Source: Candidatus Iainarchaeum sp. (lineage in GTDB: Archaea > Iainarchaeota > Iainarchaeia > Iainarchaeales > JAZDDZ01). From it: a stretch of 64,000 bases of DNA. This document shows, piece after piece, positions 27,493 through 37,089 of this stretch (within the stretch, counting starts at the first letter, position 1; every line of letters starts with the position of its first letter). Both the position numbers and the translations under genes were made by a program. Where the stretch lies: NCBI GenBank assembly GCA_043809245.1, contig JAZDDZ010000047.1:32001-96000 (forward strand), given 5' to 3'. The notes beneath the pieces are model-generated. The model made no database searches. It was given only the letters and a program-made list of their open reading frames with translations, and was not told the origin of the DNA.

Positions 27493-29418
27493 CTAGAACA
27501 ATGGCTTTGAATCGGCTTTTTTTCCGATTGGTTCCAATGGCAGCGTGAAATAAAAAGTTGAGCCTTTTCCTTTAACGCTTTCCACCCAAATTTTTCCGCC
27601 GAGTGCGTCAATGATTCCCTTTGATATTGCTAAACCCAATCCAACTCCGCCGTGTTCCCTGCTCATTGCCTTTTCCTCCTGAAAGAAGGGATTGAATATT
27701 TTAGGCAGGTTTTCTTTTTCTATTCCCGCCCCCGAGTCCTTGACGCTGAAGAGAATGTCTTTTTCCCTCAGCGCGGATTTCACTGTTACTGCGGAGTTGT
27801 TAGGTGAAAACTTTACCGCATTGTTCAGCAGGTTGTTCAGCACCTGCATTGTTCGCATGGAATCAGTTTCAATTTCAGGCAAATCAGCGAGTTCTGTTGC
27901 TATTTTTATTTTTTTTTCGGGAAGAAAGTGTTTTTCCTCCTCTATTAGCTCAACTATAAGTGGATTCAGTTTTGTTTTCCTGAAATCAAATTTAACCCTT
28001 CCTGCTTCAATCATGGATACGTCAAGGAAATCCGCGACTATGCGGTCAAGCTTGTTTGTGTTCCTCAGTATTATTTCAAGCGATTCCCTTTGCTTTCCAC
28101 TGATTTTGCCGTAATAATCCCCTAAAAGAAGCTGTAGCTGGCCTTTTATTGGCGTCATTGGGCTTCTCAGCTCGTGGCTGCTTATGGATAGGAGGCTTGT
28201 TTTTGCGCTTTCAACTTCCTTTCGCTCCCTTTCCATTGCGCCCAATGCATCCATTGCATTGTTGAATGTTTTTCCCAGCTGCTCCAGTTCGTCGTTGGTT
28301 TTTATTTCAACCCTTGTGTCCAGGTTGCCTTTCTCCAGTTCTTTTGTCGCGGAGTAAAGCCTCCTTATAGGCTCTGATATTGTGCTGGAAATGTAGATTC
28401 CTGCGAAAATTGCAAACCCAAATGCAGCTATAACCACAAGCATAATTCTCCTCTGCAGTGCCTGGGCGTTGGTGTTCACTTCATCCAGCTCTTGGTTTAG
28501 CCTCTCGGTTTCAAGGGATGAAATCTCTATCGCGGCAAGCCTCAGGTTTCTTGAGCTTTCAAACCATTGCCTGGTTAATTCAGCGTGCCCTTCAAGCTTG
28601 AATGTTTCGGGGTTTTGTTCACGCAAGGAAACCAATTCGTTTGCAAGTTCAAGCACCTTAGGCGAACCTGATTTTATTGACTCTAATTCCTGTTTTTCCG
28701 CTGCAGTAACATTTTCATCCCTGAAATGCCAGTCAAGCAACGCGATTTTTCCAAGGAATGAATCATAGTTTTCGAAAAACAATTTTTTGTCGGAATCGCT
28801 GCCAAGGGCAAGGTATGCCAGCAGGCTGCTTTCGGATTTTTTTGCATATCTCTGCGCCTCGGTTGCTTCCTCAATTATTCCATGGGTTGTAAGCGCGGTG
28901 GCGTTTTCCATCATTGCGTCTGTTGTTTCAAGCAATTCCTTGGTTAGGCTTTCCTGGGATGCAAGGCTGAAATTTTCAGGGTCGCTGTCATGCAATTCCA
29001 GCAGATTGTTTGCCAGTGCAAGGATTTTGCCTGAACCTGCATTTAATTGCTCTAATTGCAGCCCGCAGCACCCTGTGGGGCCCAGGGTTTCCTCAAGCGT
29101 TTTTATTTGGCTGGCAAGCGATGCGTATCTTTCAAAAAAAATATTCTTGTCGTTCTCGTCGTTCAAGGCAAGGTAAAGCAGCAGCCTTCCTTCCGCGCGT
29201 TTTGCGTAAACGCTTACTTCAAGCGCTGCAACCTGGTCTTCGCTTAGCTTGCCGCTGACTTTTTCGTAAGAGGACGCGATCTGCTGGCTGGCGTAAAAGC
29301 CAAAGGACCCCACAATCGCCACAAACAATGCGGTTGCAATGAAGCCTATGATGAGTTTTCTGCCTATTGTCCCAAGAAAAACCTGCCTTTCCCCTGCAAT
29401 TCGGGTTTGCTTTTTCAT
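27493..29418 (-). CDS. Membrane sensor histidine kinase (duplicated extracytoplasmic helical bundle, HAMP, HisKA, HATPase)
   Basis: SHELRSPM, NLLNNAVKF, DSGAGI, GVGLGL, GKGSTFYF. Confidence 0.95.
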   Translation of the reverse strand: MKKQTRIAGERQVFLGTIGRKLIIGFIATALFVAIVGSFGFYASQQIASSYEKVSGKLSEDQVAALEVSVYAKRAEGRLLLYLALNDENDKNIFFERYASLASQIKTLEETLGPTGCCGLQLEQLNAGSGKILALANNLLELHDSDPENFSLASQESLTKELLETTDAMMENATALTTHGIIEEATEAQRYAKKSESSLLAYLALGSDSDKKLFFENYDSFLGKIALLDWHFRDENVTAAEKQELESIKSGSPKVLELANELVSLREQNPETFKLEGHAELTRQWFESSRNLRLAAIEISSLETERLNQELDEVNTNAQALQRRIMLVVIAAFGFAIFAGIYISSTISEPIRRLYSATKELEKGNLDTRVEIKTNDELEQLGKTFNNAMDALGAMERERKEVESAKTSLLSISSHELRSPMTPIKGQLQLLLGDYYGKISGKQRESLEIILRNTNKLDRIVADFLDVSMIEAGRVKFDFRKTKLNPLIVELIEEEKHFLPEKKIKIATELADLPEIETDSMRTMQVLNNLLNNAVKFSPNNSAVTVKSALREKDILFSVKDSGAGIEKENLPKIFNPFFQEEKAMSREHGGVGLGLAISKGIIDALGGKIWVESVKGKGSTFYFTLPLEPIGKKADSKPLF

Positions 29419-29424
29419 CTGGCA

Positions 29425-29967
29425 TTACCTGCTAAGGTCAATGGCTCTGTCCACAAACATCACGGATTCCTGTATCGCTGTTTGTTTTTCCTTTGAGGCA
29501 AGGGCATAAAACAGCCCGTGCTTGTTTTTTTCCTTTACTTTCGCGGCAAGCCCTGAGAAGAATTTCAATACTTCCTGTTCGTTGTTGTAAATCAGCAGGT
29601 TTGTGAAAGAGTCAAGGACAACAAAATCGTAATTTTCATCCAATAGCTTTGAAAGGAATATCATTACCTGTGTCATTCCGTTTCTTGAGTCCAGGAAATG
29701 GCAGTTTTCAATTTTATCCGCAGGCGGATTGGAAATGGATTTGGTAATGCCGTCAATGAAGAGGAACTTGCTGTAATCAACTTTTTTCCTGTCGAATATC
29801 TCTTTGAGTGACGAAAAGGTTTTGTTGAGTGATATGTAGATTACCCCTTTGCCTGAGAGCTGGCGTGCAAAATCAACCACCATTTCATTGTACTCCATTG
29901 GGGGAAGTATAATGAGAATTGTCTTGTAATCGTCTAGTTCTGCTTTTAGTTCCATGTCAGCCACCAA
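29425..29967 (-). CDS. Inactive KaiC/RecA-fold (DUF835-like) signalling protein
   Basis: IYISLNK, FIDGIT, VVLDS.TNLLIYN; no Walker A. Confidence 0.6.
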   Translation of the reverse strand: MVADMELKAELDDYKTILIILPPMEYNEMVVDFARQLSGKGVIYISLNKTFSSLKEIFDRKKVDYSKFLFIDGITKSISNPPADKIENCHFLDSRNGMTQVMIFLSKLLDENYDFVVLDSFTNLLIYNNEQEVLKFFSGLAAKVKEKNKHGLFYALASKEKQTAIQESVMFVDRAIDLSR

Positions 29968-30313
29968 CGATTTTCCTGACTCTTTTAACCAAGTCGTTTA
30001 TGTCAAATGGCTTTTGAATGAAGTCCACCACGTTTTTTTGCTTTAAGAGGTCGGCTTTCTCGGCTTCGCTTGCCCTTACAACGCTCAGGAAAGCAATCTT
30101 TATGTTCTGGACTTTTTCAACGACTTTTTTTACCGGCATCCCGGGCATCATTATGTCCAAGAGAATCAGGTCAATTTTTCCCGTTCCCATTTTTCCAATG
30201 AAGTCATCGCCGTTTATCGCTGTAAGCACTTTGTAGCCGTTCTTTGACAGCACGGTTTTGACTGTTTCCCTTACATCCTCTTCGTCATCCACAACCATTA
30301 TTGTTTTAGCCAT
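29957..30313 (-). CDS. Stand-alone response regulator receiver
   Basis: VVDDE, LLDIMMPGM, KPF. Confidence 0.95.
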   Translation of the reverse strand: MAKTIMVVDDEEDVRETVKTVLSKNGYKVLTAINGDDFIGKMGTGKIDLILLDIMMPGMPVKKVVEKVQNIKIAFLSVVRASEAEKADLLKQKNVVDFIQKPFDINDLVKRVRKIVGG

Positions 30314-30404
30314 TTTACCCCTCTGAAAAAAATTAAACTTTTAGATATGGTATGGAAGAATTGTTTATAAACACTATCAAAACCAGTTAGTTAAGTGAAA
30401 AGGA

Positions 30405-31892
30405 ATGCCAACAGAGGAAATCATTAATCTAGCGCTCAGGAGAAGCCTTTTCTATCCCACGGCGGAGATTTACGCTAACTCTCCCTCCGGCTTTTGGGAG
30501 TTCGGCCCAATAGGCGAGAGGATAAGGCGCAAGGTAGTTGACTTCTGGCGCAGGGAGCTGGTGGAAAAAGAAGGCTTTATTGAAATCTTTGGCTCGCAGA
30601 TTTTGCCGGAAGCGGTTTTCCGCGCTTCAGGGCACCTTGAGAGCTTTAACGACCCCATAGTCCAATGCAAGAAATGCAATTCCCTGCACCGCGCAGACCA
30701 GTTGATTGCATCTGTTTCAAAGGGATTGGTGCCTGAAAGCCTTGCCACAAAAGAGCTGGATGCACTAATAAAAAAACACGAAGTGAAGTGCCCGAAATGC
30801 AAAAGCAACCAGTTCAATGAAGTCAGGAAATTCAACATGATGATGAAAGTTGATATTGGCGCAACAGGAAACCAGCCCTGCTATCTTCGCCCTGAAACCT
30901 GCCAAAGCATTTTCCTTGACTTTGACCGCTTGTACAAGACAATGCGAAAAAATCTGCCGCTCGGCATTGCACAGGCCGGGGCTTCTTTCCGAAACGAAAT
31001 CGCTCCAAGAAACACTTTGCTGAGGGCGCGCGAGTTCGGGCAGATGGAATTGGAGATTTTCTTCAACCCGAAGAAAGCGGATGAAGTTGAGAAATGGGTT
31101 GAAGTGGAAAAATATGAATTGAATTTAATGCTTGACGGTTCGGAAAAAATTCAGCAAATTTCCTGCTCTGACGCGATTGCGAAAAAAATTATTTCCGGCA
31201 AAATGATTGCCTATTACCTTGCGCGCACCCAGAAATTGTTTGAATTGCTTGGCGTTCCGCTTGAAAAAATGCGCTTCAGGCAGTTAGGCAAAGACGAAAA
31301 GGCGTTTTACGCGAAAGAGGCCTTTGACTTTGAGGTTCTTTCCTCACTTGGCTGGATTGAATTGATTGCATGCAACAACCGAAGCGATTATGACTTGAAA
31401 GGGCATGCAAAGGAAAGCAAAAAGGCTTTGACAGTGAAAGAGGATGGCGAAGAATTTTTGCCGCACATTTTTGAGTTAAGCGCAGGCATTGACAGAACAT
31501 TCTTTGTTTTGCTTGACTTGGCTTACAGGAAAGAAAAGCGCGGGCCGGAGGAAAGGGTTTTCCTTGACCTGCAGCCAAAGCTCGCGCCTTACTTTGTTGC
31601 AGTTTTTCCTTTGGTGAACAAGGAAGGCATTGACTTAAAGGCAAAAAAACTTCATGATGAAATTGTCTCGTTTGGCTTTGAATCACTTTTTGATGGCAGT
31701 GGAAGCATTGGGAAAAGGTATGCGCGCGTTGACGAAATCGGCGTGCCTTATGCAATCACCTGTGACTTTGACTCTTTAAAGGATAACACGGTTACACTGA
31801 GGGAAAGGACGTCAATGAAGCAGAAGCGCGTGAAAACAAGCGATTTGCCTCAAACGCTCTGGCTTTTGTCGCTTGGAAAGGAAAAATTCTGA
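30405..31892 (+). CDS. glyS: Glycine--tRNA ligase (alpha2 type)
   Basis: ASGH..F.DP, LRPET.Q, FRNEI.PR..L.R.REF.QME, SIGKRYAR.DEIG. Confidence 0.95.
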   Translation: MPTEEIINLALRRSLFYPTAEIYANSPSGFWEFGPIGERIRRKVVDFWRRELVEKEGFIEIFGSQILPEAVFRASGHLESFNDPIVQCKKCNSLHRADQLIASVSKGLVPESLATKELDALIKKHEVKCPKCKSNQFNEVRKFNMMMKVDIGATGNQPCYLRPETCQSIFLDFDRLYKTMRKNLPLGIAQAGASFRNEIAPRNTLLRAREFGQMELEIFFNPKKADEVEKWVEVEKYELNLMLDGSEKIQQISCSDAIAKKIISGKMIAYYLARTQKLFELLGVPLEKMRFRQLGKDEKAFYAKEAFDFEVLSSLGWIELIACNNRSDYDLKGHAKESKKALTVKEDGEEFLPHIFELSAGIDRTFFVLLDLAYRKEKRGPEERVFLDLQPKLAPYFVAVFPLVNKEGIDLKAKKLHDEIVSFGFESLFDGSGSIGKRYARVDEIGVPYAITCDFDSLKDNTVTLRERTSMKQKRVKTSDLPQTLWLLSLGKEKF

Positions 31893-31936
31893 AGGAAAAG
31901 AGTTTTAATTCAATTCCACCAAATTCTTCTTTTGCT

Positions 31937-32008
31937 GCCGCGGTAGCACAACGGCAATGCAGCGCACTCGTAATGCGCAGACTGGGGGTTCGATTCCCCC
32001 CCGCGGCT
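31937..32008 (+). tRNA. tRNA-Thr(CGT), intronless
   Basis: GCCGCGG/CCGCGGC, GCGCA-CTCGTAA-TGCGC, GGGGG-TTCGATT-CCCCC, T discriminator. Confidence 0.95.
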
Positions 32009-32082
32009 TTTTCTCTGCTTTTACCTTGTGCCCTGCCAGTTCAGAGACAAAGAATAAAAATTGATTGCTCCTTTTTTATAAT

Positions 32083-33078
32083 ATGAATAATAGGGTTAGT
32101 TTTAGCTCTAAAAAAGAAGCTTCAAATTTTTTTGAGTGCGCTAGAAACACGGGAAAGTTCAATTCATGGCGGGAACTCGCTGTTTTTCTAAATGTGCGTA
32201 TTGGAAAATTGTGGGATTACAGGAAAGGGACATATTCCCTGCCTTCGGGCAAATTCGAGGCTCTGATAAATCTCGTGCCATCGCGCATGCGAAAAAGGTT
32301 CGAAAATGCCGTAACAATAATGCCCTCCAACTGGGGCCAATCAAAGGGCGGCTGCATTACTTATTCTAGACATAAAAAAATTTTCGATGACGGAAGGGCT
32401 AAAGCCAGGGAAAACAGGTTATTAAATGCAAAATACGACTTTGACTCAGCCATGCCTTTAAATGAAAAGCTTTGCGAATTTTTAGGCGCATTTATAGGAG
32501 ATGGTTTCACAAACGCTTACAACGGGCATTACATGACCCAGTTTGCAGGACATTCCAAGTTGGATGCGGACTATTACAACAATTTGATTATTCCGTATGC
32601 GAAGCAATTATTCGGCTTTGAAAAGCCATATATAAGAACAAAAGCCAATGCGTTATGGGTTACTTTTTATTCAAAAAGATTATTTGAATTTATGACTAAA
32701 AGGTTCGGGTTTCCTGCAGGGAAAAAATCCGCTTCAGTTTTAATACCTGGAGAGGTATTGGATTCAGACAAGACCAACATTTGTGCGCTGTTGAGGGGGT
32801 TATTCAATACTGATGGTGGAGTTCACTTTGACAAACGAAAAATTTACAAAACACCTTACATGCGAATCGAATTACACATGAAAAATGAACGGATCATCGA
32901 ACAAGTTTATATTGAGTTAATAAGATTGGGAATTAATGCCAAAAGAAATAGTTCAAGCACGAGAGTGCAGATAAATTCAGAACAAGCAGTTTCAACATAT
33001 CTCAATCAAATCGGGTTTTCCAATAAAAGACATCTGGACAGAATTAGTTCCAGGGGCGTTTCCAATTCCACCTCATAG
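32083..33078 (+). CDS. Free-standing HTH + LAGLIDADG endonuclease-like protein
   Basis: LCEFLGAFIGDG and LLRGLFNTDG; N-terminal SWRELA..L HTH; WGQSKGG linker also seen in 51288. Confidence 0.88.
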   Translation: MNNRVSFSSKKEASNFFECARNTGKFNSWRELAVFLNVRIGKLWDYRKGTYSLPSGKFEALINLVPSRMRKRFENAVTIMPSNWGQSKGGCITYSRHKKIFDDGRAKARENRLLNAKYDFDSAMPLNEKLCEFLGAFIGDGFTNAYNGHYMTQFAGHSKLDADYYNNLIIPYAKQLFGFEKPYIRTKANALWVTFYSKRLFEFMTKRFGFPAGKKSASVLIPGEVLDSDKTNICALLRGLFNTDGGVHFDKRKIYKTPYMRIELHMKNERIIEQVYIELIRLGINAKRNSSSTRVQINSEQAVSTYLNQIGFSNKRHLDRISSRGVSNSTS

Positions 33079-33112
33079 CAGGGGGTCGGGGGTTCAAATC
33101 CCTCTCGGGGCT
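33077..33112 (+). pseudogene. Orphan tRNA 3' half (Thr-like, T discriminator)
   Basis: AGCAGG-GGGTC-GGGGG-TTCAAAT-CCCTC-TCGGGGC-T plus T-run; no matching 5' half found nearby. Confidence 0.75.
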
Positions 33113-33139
33113 TTTTCATTCAGATTAAAGGGATTTCTA

Positions 33140-33469
33140 ATGGTTGCAAACGACAGGCAGCAGAGCTGGAGCGAATACCTTGACAAGGAAAAAGAAAACA
33201 AGCTGTTTGTGAGGTTTGTTTTTTCGCCGGACTTCAAGGAAGTGGAGGAATTCGCAGTAATCTATTTAACGACGGTTGGCGATGAAATATGCGAGGTTAT
33301 TAGATTTGACTGCTCCGAAAGGGAAGCAGTAAACGTCCACCAGTTTTTTCATAAGCCGCCGAAAAAAATTTACCTGAAAAGGGAAAAATGCTACGAAACT
33401 CTTGAAGAGTTTATGGAAGACATAAGGAAAAAATGGGCGGTTTACCGCTCAAAATTCCTTGAAAAATAG
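33140..33469 (+). CDS. Small putative toxin (R.D..H-type fold) paired with HTH gene
   Basis: EVIRFDCS...VNVHQF; upstream of HVO_A0114-like HTH. Confidence 0.5.
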   Translation: MVANDRQQSWSEYLDKEKENKLFVRFVFSPDFKEVEEFAVIYLTTVGDEICEVIRFDCSEREAVNVHQFFHKPPKKIYLKREKCYETLEEFMEDIRKKWAVYRSKFLEK

Positions 33470-33518
33470 GGAAAAACCGCAAAGGTTTATATAACCTAAC
33501 AGGTTATATATCTGTTAG

Positions 33519-33881
33519 GTGAAACAAATGAAACGGCTTGTAATAAACATTGGCGGGGAAATGCAGAGGGACATTAAAGAGGTCTTTGAATACCCTTCAA
33601 AGGCAAAGCCTGGAACGCACTCGCTTTACTTGAAGGACACTGAAGAGTTTCATCAATTGCTTTCCCCTAAAAGGCTTGAACTGCTTGGTTATATTATAAA
33701 GCACCAGAGCGGGAGAAAAACGATTTCCGAACTTGCTAAAAAACTGAAAAGAAAGCAGGAGGCAGTCAGCCGCGATGCAAACATTTTGACAAAGTATAGA
33801 ATCATTGAGAAAATAAGGGAAAAGCAGATGATTTACCTGAAAGCACTCTATAATTCGCTTGAAATAAGGCTGACTGGCTGA
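33519..33881 (+). CDS. HVO_A0114-like wHTH (putative antitoxin)
   Basis: LLSPKRLELL, TISELAKKLKR...VSRD..IL; palindrome TATATAACCT-AAC-AGGTTATATA upstream. Confidence 0.75.
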   Translation: MKQMKRLVINIGGEMQRDIKEVFEYPSKAKPGTHSLYLKDTEEFHQLLSPKRLELLGYIIKHQSGRKTISELAKKLKRKQEAVSRDANILTKYRIIEKIREKQMIYLKALYNSLEIRLTG

Positions 33882-33885
33882 ATTT

Positions 33886-35376
33886 TCACCCGCTTGTCTG
33901 CACAACGAATTGCTGTTCGAATGCGTTGACTTGGCTTCCGCTTGCGGGGTCTGCATAGTCTAAGCGGAAAAAGCAGTATTTGATGCTTTCCGCGGGCTCT
34001 GTGTTGGGCACGTTTATCTGCATGTTAATTAGCTGGTCGTCTCCCGCGTCAAGGCTCTGGAATAGGTCAGGGTTGATTGAAATCCAGTTGCTTATCGTGC
34101 CATTGCACTCTGCGTTAATTGTTATAAGCGAAACCGGCACATCGGAACTGTTTTTCACGGTGACCTGCTCTAACTCGGTCGTGTAAAGGCCTGTGCCAGA
34201 ATCCTTTTTTATTGAATATGATTTCTGCACTCCGCTTACAGAGAACTTTATTTCCGTTGCCTTGACGCTCGTGCTAACCAGGTTTATTTTGCTTGACCAG
34301 AAATCGTTGGAAAAATTAACTGTGCCAGCTATAGAGTCAGCCTGCGCTGAAACAGGCGGCCTGAAAATGACCGTTACAACGGTCTTGCCGCTACTTCCTG
34401 AGGGAAGGGAATCGATTGTAGTCGGGCTGATTTCAAACCATTGCTCGGCGGTTGCAGGGTCGTTGTCGCCTGCAGTGGAAATGGACAGGCCAACGCTTAT
34501 GCCGTCAATCTCGCTTCCAGTGCTGTTTGTCACATCAATTATTTTTGTGACTGTTTTTCCCGCTGAAACCGCGCCAAAGCTAAGGTTTGACAGTGAAAGC
34601 TTGATTTTCGAAAGGTCCAGTTTCACCAGTTCAAATTTCGCGCTGGCCTTTGCGTTCTTATTGTTCAGGCCCTTAACCCTCAACTCTGCTGACAGGCCTT
34701 CCTTGATTTTGTCCTTTGAAACGTCATCCTTCACTTTCAAAACGATTTTTGCGTCAGTTATTCCAGGGGGAATCGAGGAAAGCCTTGTGCCTCCCGCCTG
34801 CAGTTCAAGAGAGGAAACAATTGATGCCAGGTCTCCGCCTGCGACAATCTCTATTGCCTCTTCGCCTGACTCCTTGTTTGAAAGCGAAACATCTATTTCC
34901 TTTGTCTGGCCAGTGTAAAGCGTTGCGGGAAAATCAAGCGATAATTCAAGTGAAACGTTTTTTTCAAGGACAACCGTCTCCTTTGTGCCTTCGCTGCCAA
35001 CTGATAGTGCGCCAGAAACAGCCTTGTAGCCTGGGGCTCCGGCATCGTAAGAGTAGGAGCCTTGCTTGAGCTTGATTGAATCCCCTGCCTTAAGTTCCTT
35101 TATTGGCATGCCGTCTTCGCCTGAAACCTGAACTGTCCAGCCCCCGATTGAATCGCCTTCAGTGTCATTCACCGTGAAAGATACATCGTGATAGCTGCCT
35201 ACAAAGAAATCAAATGCAAACCAGCCGATTGCCGCTATGACAATCACTAAGACAATAAGGGGAAGGAATTTTTTTCCCTGTTCGCCCACTTCCATTGCCC
35301 TGCCTAAAGGCGTTTCCTCGACTATCTCCACCCCGCTTCCATATGAAGGCGAGTCAAACCTGTCAAAATCCTGCAT
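33886..35376 (-). CDS. Membrane-anchored Ig-like/surface protein
   Basis: N-terminal TM helix followed by S/T-rich beta-sandwich-like segments. Confidence 0.65.
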   Translation of the reverse strand: MQDFDRFDSPSYGSGVEIVEETPLGRAMEVGEQGKKFLPLIVLVIVIAAIGWFAFDFFVGSYHDVSFTVNDTEGDSIGGWTVQVSGEDGMPIKELKAGDSIKLKQGSYSYDAGAPGYKAVSGALSVGSEGTKETVVLEKNVSLELSLDFPATLYTGQTKEIDVSLSNKESGEEAIEIVAGGDLASIVSSLELQAGGTRLSSIPPGITDAKIVLKVKDDVSKDKIKEGLSAELRVKGLNNKNAKASAKFELVKLDLSKIKLSLSNLSFGAVSAGKTVTKIIDVTNSTGSEIDGISVGLSISTAGDNDPATAEQWFEISPTTIDSLPSGSSGKTVVTVIFRPPVSAQADSIAGTVNFSNDFWSSKINLVSTSVKATEIKFSVSGVQKSYSIKKDSGTGLYTTELEQVTVKNSSDVPVSLITINAECNGTISNWISINPDLFQSLDAGDDQLINMQINVPNTEPAESIKYCFFRLDYADPASGSQVNAFEQQFVVQTSG

Positions 35377-35453
35377 CGGCAAAAAAAACCACTTTTTAAC
35401 GCTAAGATAAGGCATTAAACATATATAAATATTTTTGTGCGCACAAGCCTTTA

Positions 35454-35846
35454 ATGGATGAAAAGATTCAGCCAAAGGAAAGGGAATTTAACTGGTTTTA
35501 CTGGTTTATGGCAATACTTGTGCTTTTGGTTGCGGCACTCATTGCATTCAGCGTTTACTCCAAGCCCCCCGCGGGTTTTTCCGAGGCATGGCTGAACGAA
35601 TCAAATGGAAACAATTTTTCGTTTTCAATTAAAAATTCTTTTGATTCAGCGAAAAACTTCCAGTACAAAATATTTTTGGACGGCGCTCAAGTTGCGGATG
35701 AAAACGTTTTGCTGCAGGCAAAAGAAGAAAAAAGCTTATCACGCAAAATTGATTTAAGCGCCTCCAATGAAAAGCAGAAAATCGAAGTGCTTGTATGGCT
35801 GGAAGGAAGGCAGGAACCATTTGATTTGTGGAAATGGGTGGAGTGA
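35454..35846 (+). CDS. Single-TM protein (DUF1616-like)
   Basis: TM helix then FSE.WL...F.F.I.N pattern. Confidence 0.5.
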   Translation: MDEKIQPKEREFNWFYWFMAILVLLVAALIAFSVYSKPPAGFSEAWLNESNGNNFSFSIKNSFDSAKNFQYKIFLDGAQVADENVLLQAKEEKSLSRKIDLSASNEKQKIEVLVWLEGRQEPFDLWKWVE

Positions 35847-35851
35847 AAGAA

Positions 35852-36259
35852 ATGAGAATAGCAATAATTTCTTCAAAGGATTCGTCTTTGGATTTGACTG
35901 AGGCAATGCAGGAGTTTTTGGAGACAGAGATAATCAATGCGGAGGCAGAGGTCTTTGTTTTGCCTGGCGCGCTTGACATTCCGGGAAAGGCAAAGCGCCT
36001 TGGGGATGAATTTGAATTGATTGTCGTTTGCTTTTTTTATTCAGAGGGAGAGGAAAGCGGAACTGTAAGCGTTTTGCTTGAAAAGCTTGTTGACGTGGAA
36101 GTCGCTTCCGGTGTTCAGGTGATAAAGGCGGTTGATGAGACTTCAGCGGAAAATGATTCTGATGAAAGGGAAACTGAAACGGAAAAAAAGCGATTGCTCA
36201 AAAAATGGGGCGAGCTGATAATTGAATCGCTGTTCCCGCAGAAAGAAGAAATTGAATGA
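35852..36259 (+). CDS. Lumazine synthase (RibH)-fold protein, degenerate
   Basis: RIAII.S, LPGALDIP (cf. VPGAFEIP), L..V....GV.V; lacks IRG.T.H motif. Confidence 0.5.
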   Translation: MRIAIISSKDSSLDLTEAMQEFLETEIINAEAEVFVLPGALDIPGKAKRLGDEFELIVVCFFYSEGEESGTVSVLLEKLVDVEVASGVQVIKAVDETSAENDSDERETETEKKRLLKKWGELIIESLFPQKEEIE

Positions 36260-36275
36260 AACTTTTTTTTCCGGT

Positions 36276-37028
36276 TTATTTTTGCGCAATCATTTCGTTA
36301 ATCATGTCGTCAATTGAGTAAAAGCCTTTTTTGCCTTTAACCCATTCCGCAGCCTTTAATGCGCCTGATGCAAAGCCAAGCCTGCTTCTCGCAGTGTGTT
36401 TCAGTTCAATAGTATCTGCTTCCGAGTCAAAGCCTATTATGTGCGTGCCTGGAATTCTTCCCCCGCGAACAGAAGCGAAGTGTAGCTCGCTGGCTTCAGG
36501 GGCGCGGTCAAGTTTTTCATAAACTGCTTTTGTTTTTCGCGGATATGATTTCAGCACTGATTCCGCAAGCGTTTTCGCTGTGCCGCTCGGGGAATCCTTT
36601 TTCGTGTTGTGATGCAACTCGTAGCCGAAAACATCGTATTCCGGGAACTTGTGGAACCATTGCGATGCGTCCTCCACAATTCGCTTGAACAACGCCAGGC
36701 CGATTGAAAAATTTGAAGCGTAAATCAATCCAATGCCTGACTCTTCAACGATTTTTTTAACCTCGGCCTCGTGTTCGTTCCAGCCAGTTGTGCCTAAGAC
36801 AATGTTTTTTTTGAATTCCGCGAGCTTTTTTATGTTATCCATTACCGCCGAGGGATTTGTAAAGTCAATGCATACATCCGCTTTATCAACCGCCTCTTTG
36901 CTTATTTCCTTGTAGTCAGCGTCCTTTGCAGTGGGGTCGATTGTTGCCACTATTATTAGTTTTTGTTCTTCCGCCAGCTGTTTTATGGTGCGGCCCATTT
37001 TCCCCAAACCGATTAAAGCGATGTTCAT
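36276..37028 (-). CDS. dapB: 4-hydroxy-tetrahydrodipicolinate reductase
   Basis: G.GKMG, IDFT.P, GTTG, SNFSIG, E.HH..K.D.PSGTA, H.A.SR.GFA.GA. Confidence 0.95.
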   Translation of the reverse strand: MNIALIGLGKMGRTIKQLAEEQKLIIVATIDPTAKDADYKEISKEAVDKADVCIDFTNPSAVMDNIKKLAEFKKNIVLGTTGWNEHEAEVKKIVEESGIGLIYASNFSIGLALFKRIVEDASQWFHKFPEYDVFGYELHHNTKKDSPSGTAKTLAESVLKSYPRKTKAVYEKLDRAPEASELHFASVRGGRIPGTHIIGFDSEADTIELKHTARSRLGFASGALKAAEWVKGKKGFYSIDDMINEMIAQK

Positions 37029-37089
37029 CAATGCTTTTGGGCTTAAAAGAGTTTAAAAAAACTGTGCTTTGTAATTTTTTCGTGGAACA

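Noticed and set aside
33060-33112. Complete tRNA-Met (CTCATAG loop) or canonical split-tRNA half
   Set aside because: No pairing anticodon stem, D arm or 5' acceptor strand; upstream bases cannot form the canonical 37/38 BHB helix
34193-34918. Long antisense ORFs (also 340..756, 25149..25670, 40793..41383, 46081..46635 and others)
   Set aside because: Shadows of well-supported genes on the opposite strand, with no motifs
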